Of a stretch of DNA of 64,000 nucleotides, positions 46,601 to 56,007 are shown piece by piece. Location: the IMG/VR virus record IMGVR_UViG_3300007541_000015. One strand, given 5' to 3'. The notes below the pieces were generated by a model. The model was not told the DNA's origin. It saw only the letters and a program-made list of their open reading frames with translations, and searched no databases. This DNA is from an uncultured virus (IMG/VR IMGVR_UViG_3300007541_000015). Lineage: Duplodnaviria > Heunggongvirae > Uroviricota > Caudoviricetes. A program made the translations under genes and the position numbers. The stretch's first letter is position 1. Each line of letters opens with the position of its first letter.

Positions 46601-49600
46601 TGCTACAACAGGGGTAGGAAAAACAGGGACTTCGACGTATAATTATCAATGGTTATTTGAAACTAAAGGTATTTTACCTGCTTCGGGTTCTAGATTCTTT
46701 GATGAAATTTTCTTAGAGCAGAATGGAACACAAGATATTATCTTTAAATCAGATATGAATGGTGTATATTCCCCTTATCGAACAAAAGACTTACTTGAAC
46801 AGTTTGACACAAAGGTATCAAGGATGTTCTTATTTGCTAATACTGATTTAGAGCCATATAGCGGAACAAGAAAAGATAATATCTTTGGAAGAGACTTGAC
46901 AAACTATAGTTTGATTCTCAAAAAGAAAGAAAGACTTACAGAATACACTTCTAACTCTGATATTAATGCATCTAAAACCACTTCACTATCTAATATTGAT
47001 AATGATTATGTAAGTTTGCCAATTTTAGAAAACACGACAATACCCGATGACATTCAATTTGGCCTTATGAGATTAACTGAAGTAGTATATGATTGGCATT
47101 TTAATCAAATTGACCCAGAAAACCTACCCTCCACTAAAAGAATAATGCCAAAAACTCCTTTGTTAGTTCATGATTTTGTTGATAGCGGTGACGATATTTC
47201 TAGCATTTCAGGTAACACTATTACATTAACTGCTACTACAACAGGAACAATATCTAATGGTGATTTTGTTTGTGATGATGAAGGAAACTTTATTGGAACT
47301 GTTAGCGGAACTCCTTCAGGAACAACAGTTACTTTGATTTTAGATGCCAAAAAACAGCCGGGAAAATCAACATATTATAATGGAAGAATTTGGGTTGTTC
47401 AAAATACACAATACACTACATTAACAGGGCATGGACCTAAAAATTCTATTCTTTGGGATGAACCTATTCATATGTTAAAATCATTTGTTTATCAGGATGG
47501 TTGGGGAGGTGCTTCTAGTCAATTTAATCAAGCATATGGCTCAACTTTGTATGGTTTAATTGGTAACTACAAAGCAACAGTTTATCCGATTGATTTGGGT
47601 ATATATTTAGACGGAACATATTCTATTCCGTCTAAGGTTCTTGATTTTTATCAAATTTTAAGTAACTCTTCTGCATATGATATTTATTCATTTGATTATC
47701 AATTACTTCCAATTTTGTTAGAAAAATTTGATGTTGATGATGGGACAGGTAATATCACTAAGGGAATGGTTTTGCCTCCTATTAAGAAAATAGAACAAGA
47801 TATACTAACAGGGACTAAAAAATTAAACATCATATCTATTGGATATAATTATTCTTTGGGTAAAAATCCGGGATTATTTGCATATACAGACAAAGGCTAT
47901 AATGCTAATTCTGAAGTTGAACTCGATGGGACATATTTAGGGTTTAAGCCTAGAATTAGAATTGACACTTCACTATCTTCCCAAACAGAAACTGAAATAA
48001 CAAACAAAGTAGGAAACAGAAGTTTCTGGAAATATGAATTAGAGGTATCAAGATGGAGTGGAGGATTTGATTACAGTAATTATATCTTACAATTTATAAA
48101 TTCATTAGATGGATGTTATTTAGTTTCCGAGAAGGCCCAATATACTTTAGAGGAATGGTCTGGAGCAGGACAAGAAACACCTGCCTATAAGGCATTAGAT
48201 AATGTATCTTTAAATGATTCAATTCCAGAAACTATTGCTTATGTCGTTTCTCATGAAGTTAAAACGAATGATACCACTCTAAAACATGTTATCATTACTG
48301 ATAAGCAATTAACTGATGATTACTTTAGGGTTATGCAACCAAACCATACCTGTATGTATGAATTTACTCCTGAGATTAAACTAAATGAAATGAGTTCTAA
48401 ATATACCAAGGTAAACGGAGAAGAAAAAACCTATTCAAATATCAAGGGTTTCAATGTAGCAAGTAGTGGACAAGATAGATACATTTCTTCTTCAACCTCC
48501 ACATTTACTGCAAGTCAGCAATTATACAATAGTGGTGGAGCAGAAGCAGCAATGTCTATGTATGTGGCAGTTGATTTGAATAACAAATCTTCTAGTGAAT
48601 CACATATCGTTTATAGAAATGCTGCTAATTTAGATGACCTTTTACCCGATAGTTCAAATATCATTTATATGTCAGATGGAGAAACTAATAAAAAAACAGA
48701 ATTAACAATATCCGAACATTTTGTAAATTCAAGCACTACAACTAAAAAACTTCAGTTCGGTGAAAAGACAAAATTATTAGGTATTGTTTCAATTACACAA
48801 CCATTTGAAATGATTGTTCCTAAGGATATTTCAGGTGATTACTCACGCGCTATGATTGGCGCGGGCGTATCAGTAGCAAATGAAGCAACTAATATCATCA
48901 ATGATTTACTCGAAGATAACGGAATTCAATTTGAAATTCCTGATATTGCATACTCTCATTACCTTGCACCTAACTTCCAAGGTATTGATTTGTTCTCGGC
49001 AATCAATTATATTCTAACCAAGAAAGATTACTCTCTCGTTGAAGATTCTGGTGTATTCAAGATTAGAGAAGGAACTGACTCTCTTCTATATTCAGGTGTT
49101 CTGATTTCAGATTACGGTGAATATCAAATCTTCGACTTCAGAAAAGAGAAGTCAACATTTGATAGATACAACGAAATTGTCGTTTATGGAAGAAGCCACA
49201 AAGCCGTAAGAAAGGACTTACGTTCCATTCAAAAGTCTGGAAGAAAAACATTAGAATCCTTCCAAAGAGAATTAAACTCACAACAAGACGTTGACCAAAG
49301 AGCAACAGAATTATTCTTACTTCATAACAGATTGAACGAAAAGATTGTTGTTGAAATTGGACACCAAGGCATTTCTCAGATTCAACCCGGCGATATTATT
49401 GAAGTTGAAATCAGAAGAGAAAACATCCCAAGAAGCCAATACAAGGTTATTCAAGTCACGCACAAACTTACAGGCAATCTCGTTCTCCAACTTGGAAGAT
49501 ACTCCAAGAGGCTAGAAGACCAATTCTCTGAGTTATTACTCAATGCTCAAAGAGTTAATTCAGCAATCAGGGAAACCGCATTTAACGAAAATGTAGTAAA

Positions 49601-49766
49601 TTACGACTTCTTGGAAAACCTTAAGGTCAAGCCCCTTCGTCTGCTGATTAGGAAGCGGTCTTCATCAGGAGGCACTTTGGGTTTCGGTATTACCTTAGGT
49701 TTTGGTTCAACCTTTACAGGATTAGGAACAATTACAGAAACTGAGTTAGAGGATGTGGAATATTGA
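43629..49766 (+). CDS. Very large tail/baseplate hub or central fibre protein (2045 aa)
   Basis: S/T-rich beta protein; C-terminal hub-like region (YNEIVVYG...IQPGDII). Confidence 0.7.
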   Translation: MSTLRVFNKGETSVSSVFNTNCPTNAKLTTQSTGTGRFFTVIHSDDSQNATFSEIKASTGLLTEYSNQANTEGFKIRCYDSADDVGIQLNGLDANDYYFVLIHSDNENMHHFARITEFLTEDVDGDAFEFTPKLGNQVNKNVKFMLFKGTNMNTAIAVSCGLKEGLRDNLVCARPLFYFLNGLDKSGELNHNTKYYAAVGYTSSGASITPNTLTTTFLTEQDYSNKIVDYSLYSLNVTLTDLNREGDIAATPVAQETYVLPSADYTDYEDVFYNARRETSDNATVTTLRGPTRYVHYDYSPDYCNLMQGVFETEIEDSVESRSGFAESTAIDNKRIYPKKISEDEPYRIRHMVHTGTIDEWFELQAEVSNYISAFRRYIFTSDYPINDLIATNDVVKLNGRLLIVTSTSAGSIDVSNYSRLETESEFTNTFTNFSLLTGSLYRRAYSQSKGTLLTTFPIIESRDSKIFIRFMSNNFGFIYANVSDSNKVQQTLTLSFSGDSYHGEMLKYVSGKYIIFIERFDGVVESFESFKENGQTMATVKGRNNFRKLLSPIVNTNKLFSRDIIYSSRSFYNKLTDTTKTVDTTNSIVGNSKTFDVSSSGFSFVSGDIVFVKFANNSIAYVGIVDSYTYPTVTLEDYPKSLVEGASSVGLYVARDKNYILNKALSSNANLSQTVSSLNGAAGKGIYFEGGTKLQSNGSDGESLIGSSSDDNANALGYPIFEPDEILSDLEFQTKLKGTSTSAETFDTVNTLIDFEVLGIKNEETYSIIELAPYLPLTLGRVDYQYSNTTDSSFSNRGSVSATTNSKYFTCSTTTALIYNEPLYVDGVFIGKFVYQVTNSSNVSVVYIDRKATFSSGQLQVLEDKQATYAEKEHPIYSMSLVNGAHLHGGKAISLLHPFTIDSATNNHLTTFNPVTFFSGSSYEENYNVKFGSPYYRIMNLEFGRVEKYSSTIADWSDDYDLDYYSENPSSIKYYGEAYRLNPGFTSSVVATTGVGKTGTSTYNYQWLFETKGILPASGSRFFDEIFLEQNGTQDIIFKSDMNGVYSPYRTKDLLEQFDTKVSRMFLFANTDLEPYSGTRKDNIFGRDLTNYSLILKKKERLTEYTSNSDINASKTTSLSNIDNDYVSLPILENTTIPDDIQFGLMRLTEVVYDWHFNQIDPENLPSTKRIMPKTPLLVHDFVDSGDDISSISGNTITLTATTTGTISNGDFVCDDEGNFIGTVSGTPSGTTVTLILDAKKQPGKSTYYNGRIWVVQNTQYTTLTGHGPKNSILWDEPIHMLKSFVYQDGWGGASSQFNQAYGSTLYGLIGNYKATVYPIDLGIYLDGTYSIPSKVLDFYQILSNSSAYDIYSFDYQLLPILLEKFDVDDGTGNITKGMVLPPIKKIEQDILTGTKKLNIISIGYNYSLGKNPGLFAYTDKGYNANSEVELDGTYLGFKPRIRIDTSLSSQTETEITNKVGNRSFWKYELEVSRWSGGFDYSNYILQFINSLDGCYLVSEKAQYTLEEWSGAGQETPAYKALDNVSLNDSIPETIAYVVSHEVKTNDTTLKHVIITDKQLTDDYFRVMQPNHTCMYEFTPEIKLNEMSSKYTKVNGEEKTYSNIKGFNVASSGQDRYISSSTSTFTASQQLYNSGGAEAAMSMYVAVDLNNKSSSESHIVYRNAANLDDLLPDSSNIIYMSDGETNKKTELTISEHFVNSSTTTKKLQFGEKTKLLGIVSITQPFEMIVPKDISGDYSRAMIGAGVSVANEATNIINDLLEDNGIQFEIPDIAYSHYLAPNFQGIDLFSAINYILTKKDYSLVEDSGVFKIREGTDSLLYSGVLISDYGEYQIFDFRKEKSTFDRYNEIVVYGRSHKAVRKDLRSIQKSGRKTLESFQRELNSQQDVDQRATELFLLHNRLNEKIVVEIGHQGISQIQPGDIIEVEIRRENIPRSQYKVIQVTHKLTGNLVLQLGRYSKRLEDQFSELLLNAQRVNSAIRETAFNENVVNYDFLENLKVKPLRLLIRKRSSSGGTLGFGITLGFGSTFTGLGTITETELEDVEY

Positions 49767-50098
49767 TTACAGATACATTAAGAAATACGTTAGCAACGTA
49801 TATTAAAAATAATGTTGATGGTGGTAAAGTAGGTCTTGGTGGTAATTCAACAAGTCCTGCGGCAACAGACTTAGATGTTGAAGTTTCAGTTACACCAACA
49901 GTAACTACTGATATTTCAACGGCTAACGTAGTTGAAGTTAAATTGTCAATCCCCGGCTCTTCTATTTCAGGAAAAGTCATAAGAGAAGCAGGTTTCTTTG
50001 ATGGAACTGATATGTGGGCAAGAGAAGCATTTGAAGGTGTAGGGCCTTTTTCTTCAACAGAAACGCTTGAAATTATCTTTATTTTAGAGGTGGAGTGA
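49763..50098 (+). CDS. Small tail protein
   Basis: IREAGFF pattern typical of tail fibre-base proteins. Confidence 0.6.
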   Translation: MITDTLRNTLATYIKNNVDGGKVGLGGNSTSPAATDLDVEVSVTPTVTTDISTANVVEVKLSIPGSSISGKVIREAGFFDGTDMWAREAFEGVGPFSSTETLEIIFILEVE

Positions 50099-50099
50099 T

Positions 50100-51698
50100 A
50101 TGGTTAGCAATCCCGGATATTTTAGTCAAATGGCTTCAGGTGGAGCCTTAACGCAAGTTGAAGATGGTGTGGATAATCCACACACAGGCTTAATCAAGGC
50201 ATTGAGTTTAGGCATGGGAGGCAATTATCCCATTAGTGGATTTGATGCTACTTCTGTTACTGCAACAACGGCGACGATTGCTAATGGTGTAATTTTTAGA
50301 GATGGTTCTAAAGTATCAATTACAGGCGGAGGAATTACCTTAAGCACCACATACACAACGGGTTATCATTTATTGGTTGCCCGCGCTTCCGGTATTGTTT
50401 TGATTAATCCTACTGCTGTTGATAAAGTTCCTGAATATGCTTCCGGTGATGTAGTTATCGGTATTTTTGCTCACACAGGGACTAATCCTATGAGTATTCA
50501 ATATCTTTCTATTGATAAGACAGCAAACTCATTAAGCATCGGTTATGATTCTTCAGGATATACTGAAGCAGGAACAATTACCGGAAATGCTAATGGCGTT
50601 TTAATTACAGGAACATCAGATGTTACTTTAGACGGAGCAAACGATAGGGTTTACATTAAAGATGCGACTAATAATACGTTAAAAACAGTAACTCCTCAAC
50701 AAATTAGAGATTTAGCACCCACTACTTCGGAAACATTACAGACAGTAACGGATTCGGGAGCAACTACAACTAACAGCATTACCGCAAATAGTTTTGTTAA
50801 GACAGGCGGAACCTCTTCTGAGTTTTTGAAAGCAGATGGTTCTGTTGATTCAAATGTATATCTTACTACTGAAAGCGATACATTGCAAAGTATAACTGAT
50901 AGAGGACGAACTACTACTTGGGATATTACTATTGACGGATTGGTTAATAATGGAAAAACTGTAGTTCCTTCGGTAGACCCAATTACTTCCACTACGGAAT
51001 TAGCAGCGATAAATTATGCTAATTCTATTTATTATATTACCGCTAGTTTAACTTTAGCGGATGGAATGTCTGGACAAGTTATTCAAATTAAAAACGTAGC
51101 CGCTACTCAAGTAACCATTAATACAACTAGTAACGTTGATGGGGCAGGAGCGGCTAGCGACCAAAGAAGAACAGGTGCTACACAAATTACGTTAGAATCA
51201 ATGGAAGGAATTACACTACAATATGTTAATGACGTTGCTACTGTTACGCCCGGTTGGTATATTCTTGATACTGATGTTGATACAGATACAGACACAGGTA
51301 TTACAGATATAGTTGAAGATACTACACCGCAACTTGGTGGTAATTTAGATTTAAACTCTCAAGATATTACAGGAACAGGCAATATTAATATTACAGGCGA
51401 TATTAATTGCGTTACTCTTACTGCTACTAAATTAGCAACTGATACTAAAACCACATCAACATTAACAAGTGCAGATGCCGGTAAATATCTTTTCGTTACT
51501 GCTGCTAGCCAAACAATTACCTTACCCGCTAGTCATTCAGCAGGCGAACAATACAGCATTTTGGCAAACGGTAATGATGTAACCTTAGACGGTAATGGAA
51601 ACAATATGAATGGTTCAGCATCATCAATCACAATTACGGCATATAATGGTGTAACCTGTATTTCTGATGGAACGAATTGGATAGTATTAGGTGCGTGA
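50100..51698 (+). CDS. Tail fibre protein
   Basis: T/G-rich; repeated TLQxxTDxGxTTT; DTTPQLGGNLDLN motif common in marine phage fibres. Confidence 0.75.
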   Translation: MVSNPGYFSQMASGGALTQVEDGVDNPHTGLIKALSLGMGGNYPISGFDATSVTATTATIANGVIFRDGSKVSITGGGITLSTTYTTGYHLLVARASGIVLINPTAVDKVPEYASGDVVIGIFAHTGTNPMSIQYLSIDKTANSLSIGYDSSGYTEAGTITGNANGVLITGTSDVTLDGANDRVYIKDATNNTLKTVTPQQIRDLAPTTSETLQTVTDSGATTTNSITANSFVKTGGTSSEFLKADGSVDSNVYLTTESDTLQSITDRGRTTTWDITIDGLVNNGKTVVPSVDPITSTTELAAINYANSIYYITASLTLADGMSGQVIQIKNVAATQVTINTTSNVDGAGAASDQRRTGATQITLESMEGITLQYVNDVATVTPGWYILDTDVDTDTDTGITDIVEDTTPQLGGNLDLNSQDITGTGNINITGDINCVTLTATKLATDTKTTSTLTSADAGKYLFVTAASQTITLPASHSAGEQYSILANGNDVTLDGNGNNMNGSASSITITAYNGVTCISDGTNWIVLGA

Positions 51699-51702
51699 TT
51701 AA

Positions 51703-52596
51703 ATGTATTTGGCCGTAGCAGGGTCTTGTGCTGAGGATAAAGCAAATAGCGTATCTGAATACGATTTATCTTTATTCTCACTTCCCGCTTCTTCTTCAGC
51801 GAACATAGTAGTAAGTGGTAAAGAAGCAACTGATTTATTTATTGGTGGCGGGACAATTTCATTTGCTATGACTGATGGTTATATCAGACAATATGATTTT
51901 TCTTCAGAAACATTGCCTGTTCCTAGATATGATACGACAAATACTATTTCTACTTTAAATACGGGTGTAACGGCAATCCGTGGTGCAACTTGGGGTAATT
52001 TTGGAACTAAATTAGTATACAGCGGAAGTAATGGAACTGCATACCAAAGAACATCTTCAGCATATACACTTACGGGTATTGGTTCTGCTTCCACGAATTC
52101 GCCCGGACTTGGCGACCTTCAGGGTGTGGCCTTCAATGATACAGGAACTAAAGTATTTTATTGCCGTGCAGGAACAGTAAGTCAGGCTACTTTATCAACA
52201 CCTTGGAACATTCAAACTCGTGGTTCATTTACTTCATTAACCACATCAACAGATACAGATTCAGATGGAGGTTCAATTAACAATCTAACTTGTATTAGAT
52301 TTTCGGCGGATGGGACAAAAATGTTTGTCTCATATAGAGATAGTTTTGGAGATGGAACATCTCCTTTACATTATCCTGCAATTGCCCAATATGAATTGTC
52401 AACAGCATTTGATGTAACAACAGGAACATACTCTAAAAATCTTAAAATGGATATTTCTATCGGAACTTACCCATCTTCTCCTTATGTCGGTTGGATTACA
52501 TTTATTACAGGGTTTGATTGGAACGCAACAGGTGATAAGGTAGTTATTGTCGGAGCGCATCCTGCTGGAAATGGAAATGTTCTTTTATTCTCATAA
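51703..52596 (+). CDS. Beta-propeller-like tail/receptor-binding protein
   Basis: Repeated FNxxGTK(V/M)F...LSTxW/FD blades. Confidence 0.65.
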   Translation: MYLAVAGSCAEDKANSVSEYDLSLFSLPASSSANIVVSGKEATDLFIGGGTISFAMTDGYIRQYDFSSETLPVPRYDTTNTISTLNTGVTAIRGATWGNFGTKLVYSGSNGTAYQRTSSAYTLTGIGSASTNSPGLGDLQGVAFNDTGTKVFYCRAGTVSQATLSTPWNIQTRGSFTSLTTSTDTDSDGGSINNLTCIRFSADGTKMFVSYRDSFGDGTSPLHYPAIAQYELSTAFDVTTGTYSKNLKMDISIGTYPSSPYVGWITFITGFDWNATGDKVVIVGAHPAGNGNVLLFS

Positions 52597-52640
52597 ATAA
52601 ACTAATACGATTAAATTTCGGACCCAAATTCAAAATGCGT

Positions 52641-52681
52641 AAAAAAAATGGGAGGCCGAGGGTTTTACCCCTCGACCCCCC
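52641..52681 (-). terminator. Stem-loop plus T-tract between convergent late and replication operons
   Basis: CGAGGG/CCCTCG stem next to A8 (T8 on - strand). Confidence 0.55.
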
Positions 52682-52823
52682 TTAGTGTCTGATTAGACCA
52701 AATACCCAAGCAATCACGGCATTCCCATAGTTTCACCTGTCCGGGCGAACCTACATAAAAGGCGATTAGCCGCTTCGCTAATGTCTGTTCTGTGCAAAAC
52801 GGACATTGCTGCTTAAGAGCCAT
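52665..52823 (-). CDS. Small zinc-ribbon protein (52 aa, MALKQQCPFC...WECRDC)
   Basis: Translated by hand; two CxxC. Confidence 0.6.
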   Translation of the reverse strand: MALKQQCPFCTEQTLAKRLIAFYVGSPGQVKLWECRDCLGIWSNQTLRGVEG

Positions 52824-52965
52824 CTTTCTCACGCTGATTTACTAACCTAGCCATATACTGCTCAACAGATTCATCGGTGATATTAGAACCACCAAATGCT
52901 GCAAAGAACAGCAATAAAACAACTAGCATAAATAAAATCAGAAAGAAAATTTCCCAACCTGTCAT
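52813..52965 (-). CDS. Small single-pass membrane protein (50 aa)
   Basis: MTGWEIFFLILFMLVVLLLFFAAFGG...; translated by hand; TGATG overlap with upstream gene. Confidence 0.65.
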   Translation of the reverse strand: MTGWEIFFLILFMLVVLLLFFAAFGGSNITDESVEQYMARLVNQREKDGS

Positions 52966-53567
52966 CACCAATCAACTCCTAAATCAACAAACTCTTCTTT
53001 TTCAATAGAGAAAGCCTTCACTATACCATTTTCTTGCCCATACTTCCAAAGTTCATAGACTAATTGGCTATCCTTTAGGCAGTAATCCACGACCGTATCA
53101 TAGTCCCCTGCCTTCCATAAGGCGGGAGCATCGGCTGAATCCATCATCTTAGACGCATCTAAAGAACACTCGACTAAGTTTTGAAGTCTAAAGCGTTCAC
53201 CGTGACCTTTCAGAAGAATCTTGCTAGTATCAATATACTGTTCTTCTTCTAAGAACTTACGAATGCAGTATATGTCCATAGAATCACGCAGGATAGGTAG
53301 GTCAAACGCCGCGATATTGTGGCCTAATAGCAGGCCACCTGCCTTCTGAAAATCGTCAAGGTCATATTTCAGGTCGCGCAGACTTTTGACGATGTGACCG
53401 CCCTTAGCAAAGGTATTCACGGCCTCATCAACATACGCCGTTCCTGTTGAGCCATCCCAAGTGGTTACGGTTGAAACTTGAAACATATGGGTATTACCAA
53501 AGCCACCGATTTCGTGAGACATATTCTTAGTCTCTAAGTCAATAGCCATTACGTTCATTTCACTCAC
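52965..53567 (-). CDS. DEDDy 3'-5' exonuclease (RNase H-like/DnaQ superfamily)
   Basis: AIDLET, GHNIAAFD, YCLKD motifs. Confidence 0.85.
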   Translation of the reverse strand: MSEMNVMAIDLETKNMSHEIGGFGNTHMFQVSTVTTWDGSTGTAYVDEAVNTFAKGGHIVKSLRDLKYDLDDFQKAGGLLLGHNIAAFDLPILRDSMDIYCIRKFLEEEQYIDTSKILLKGHGERFRLQNLVECSLDASKMMDSADAPALWKAGDYDTVVDYCLKDSQLVYELWKYGQENGIVKAFSIEKEEFVDLGVDW

Positions 53568-53778
53568 CAGACCACAGTTTGCTCAACTTTTCTTCTGATT
53601 TGTCTTTTGTTTGTTCTTCTTCGATACGACGCTTAAGAAACACAACAATGTTCTGTCCTGCAACAGTTACCATTGATGAACATTCCCAACCATCAGCACC
53701 GTAAGTATCAAGGGCTTCAATAATTACTTTGGGTCCTTTTGATACTTCAAAAACTTTATATGTGTTTTCCCACTTCAT
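53560..53778 (-). CDS. DUF4177-like small protein
   Basis: KWE..YKV...LDTYGADGWE...VFLKR. Confidence 0.65.
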   Translation of the reverse strand: MKWENTYKVFEVSKGPKVIIEALDTYGADGWECSSMVTVAGQNIVVFLKRRIEEEQTKDKSEEKLSKLWSGE

Positions 53779-55220
53779 TCTTCATCACCTAGTAGTTTAA
53801 TATAGACCGCTCGGCCTTTTTTATCTTCTTTGAATTTATGCTGAATCTTTCTAAAATAATTATATACAGAAGGTTGTGATTTCTTTCCTTTTGTCATAAC
53901 TTCAGAAAGCAAGTCTTTCTTTGAAACGAAGCCGTCTTCGTCCTTTTCCATGTCCGTATAGCATTTAACGAATAAGGGGAACATTGACTTTTCAGAAAGT
54001 GACTGACGCTTGACCCGTAGGCCCTGTTCCAACCAATCAACCAATGTGCTATAACATTGTCGGACAACGCTACCTGCTTGACGGACGTTTCTTGGATTTA
54101 CAATGAACCTTTGGCTTTTATCCTTAATTGATGGGGCTTCTGCAATCGAACACAGAACACTCATCTTCATGAGGATTTTCATCAATCTGGTAGTAAAGTT
54201 TTGCGCTACTTTACGAACTTCGGCGTTTGTGTTGTTAATGTAAGACTCCATGTTTTCGTATTCAAGCATCAAGGCATCCTGAAAAGCCTCGGAGAACCGA
54301 ATTGTTTCAAGAGAATTTCTTCCCGCATCATTGAACCTATCGTATAATGCTTCATAAATCTTAAAAAGAGCATTTACATATTTATCAACGGGTTGGTTAA
54401 CTTCTTCGTATGTTCCCGCTAATTCAATCTGCTTCCTTCTCATGTTTTGTTGGATGTGTTCAGGCGTGTCCCAAACATACAAAAGCATACGCTGAAGAAC
54501 ACCTTTATTCGCAATAACATCACTTAGGTTTTCAGGAGGATACGTCATAGCCATAACAGAACGCTGACTAAAACAATACTTAACTTCATTATCGAATTGA
54601 CGAAGTGCTTTACTAATTACCCAAGACTCACCAGCAAGAGTGTTCATTAGTGTGTTAAGATACACAATAGAAGATTCATTGTGTTGTGTTGGTTTAAACA
54701 CACCTGAATACTCAAACTCGTCCCAATGAGCAAGACCCGCACCTTCTAAATGGCCGGGAACGTGTTCTAATTCAGTTTCTCCATCATCGTTGATTTTCTT
54801 GTTAAAACCACCGATAAGGGTTGCATCCGAGTAATCTGTAAGTGAGAAAATGTCAAAGTTTTGCGGGCGTGTTTCTTCATTCCAAACCATATTTGGGTGT
54901 TGACCCTTCTCATTAATTTTCTTAAAAACTCCCTTTGCTACAGGACCAACAAAATTCCAAAGTGTTGATTTTCCTGTTCCTGAACTCTGAATCCAACAAA
55001 AATGGATTCGGCTATCTTCAATGTTTCGTCCCGCAGGAATACGAACAAAATCCTTTGAGATTTGCCCTAACAAAACAAAAAAAGATACCGCCGCAGGAAC
55101 ATCGTTCATGTGCGATACTTCAAGAGCAGATTTCTGAAACTCTCGCACAACGGCGGGAAGTGATTCAGAAAATGCTGCGGCGCGTTCTTCATAAATTTCA
55201 ACGTAATCTTCATCAGTCAT
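53775..55220 (-). CDS. AAA+ ATPase, putative replicative helicase (MCM-related)
   Basis: Walker A SGTGKS, Walker B HWDEFE, LQR arginine finger, C-terminal wHTH-like region. Confidence 0.7.
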   Translation of the reverse strand: MTDEDYVEIYEERAAAFSESLPAVVREFQKSALEVSHMNDVPAAVSFFVLLGQISKDFVRIPAGRNIEDSRIHFCWIQSSGTGKSTLWNFVGPVAKGVFKKINEKGQHPNMVWNEETRPQNFDIFSLTDYSDATLIGGFNKKINDDGETELEHVPGHLEGAGLAHWDEFEYSGVFKPTQHNESSIVYLNTLMNTLAGESWVISKALRQFDNEVKYCFSQRSVMAMTYPPENLSDVIANKGVLQRMLLYVWDTPEHIQQNMRRKQIELAGTYEEVNQPVDKYVNALFKIYEALYDRFNDAGRNSLETIRFSEAFQDALMLEYENMESYINNTNAEVRKVAQNFTTRLMKILMKMSVLCSIAEAPSIKDKSQRFIVNPRNVRQAGSVVRQCYSTLVDWLEQGLRVKRQSLSEKSMFPLFVKCYTDMEKDEDGFVSKKDLLSEVMTKGKKSQPSVYNYFRKIQHKFKEDKKGRAVYIKLLGDEE

Positions 55221-55912
55221 ATTTTCACCTTCTCTTCAGAGTTGAGGGTATTAACTACCCGTTCAGCGATTGTCGGTCCAATACCTTCAATCTTAGAAAT
55301 TTCAGAGGGCCTTTGCTCTCCAATTTCCATAATAGAACCAAATTCTTCAATCAATTTTGTTGCCTTTGATTCTGAAATGCCCTTTATTGTTGAGAGGACA
55401 TCAATTCTCATATCATCACTACTTAGCCTTTTATGAATTCTTGGCTTGATAGTTGGTCTATCTAACGGTTGCATTTTGCAAACTGCTGCAATAATTTCAG
55501 ATGCTTCTTCTTCAGAAGATACCCACATGGGTTTTGCATCCATATCTAAAACAATTCTGCCGTATGCTCCTAAGAATTTGTTTCTTAGTAAGATTGCTCT
55601 TGTGTGTCTTGGCATATTGTTAGGAGCATTATCAATTACATTATTGATTGCTTCTTCAATCGTTCCGTAAATCAAAACAATGTTTACTGAGTATGCCCTA
55701 TCCATATTATCAATCTGAGTCCACATTCTCTTAGATAGAACAGAACCTAAAAAGTCTGTAGTTGATTTGGCTTCAAAGCAAACATCATTGAAAACATAGT
55801 CTCCAATTTCAAGCCACTTCTTTTCAGTTTTGATGTTAAGCATTCTGGCCTTTTGCTCAACTAGTCTAACTAGTTTTGAACCTTCTTTTTCTCTAGAATC
55901 TATAATCAGCAT
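55217..55912 (-). CDS. ERCC4/XPF-type nuclease with tandem HhH
   Basis: IDSRE, GDY, EAKSxxD, IKGIS/IEGIG HhH motifs. Confidence 0.88.
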   Translation of the reverse strand: MLIIDSREKEGSKLVRLVEQKARMLNIKTEKKWLEIGDYVFNDVCFEAKSTTDFLGSVLSKRMWTQIDNMDRAYSVNIVLIYGTIEEAINNVIDNAPNNMPRHTRAILLRNKFLGAYGRIVLDMDAKPMWVSSEEEASEIIAAVCKMQPLDRPTIKPRIHKRLSSDDMRIDVLSTIKGISESKATKLIEEFGSIMEIGEQRPSEISKIEGIGPTIAERVVNTLNSEEKVKI

Positions 55913-56007
55913 TGTGATATTCCTCCTAATACATTAAATAAAAAGGCAATGCTACCTATTGTGTAAAAAGCGAATCTTGAATAAAAAAGTAAATCATTTC
56001 TTTCCAT
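55906..56007 (-). CDS. Possible 33 aa hydrophobic peptide (MERNDLLFYSRFAFYTIGSIAFLFNVLGGISQC)
   Basis: GGAGG RBS; fills the gap between primase and nuclease; translated by hand. Confidence 0.45.
   Translation of the reverse strand: MERNDLLFYSRFAFYTIGSIAFLFNVLGGISQC

Noticed and set aside
17238..53490. Isolated CATATG hexamers in the late and replication regions (e.g. about 17238, 37709, 47533, 53484)
   Set aside because: Inside coding sequence and lacking the CAAAG/CTTTG arms; expected by chance
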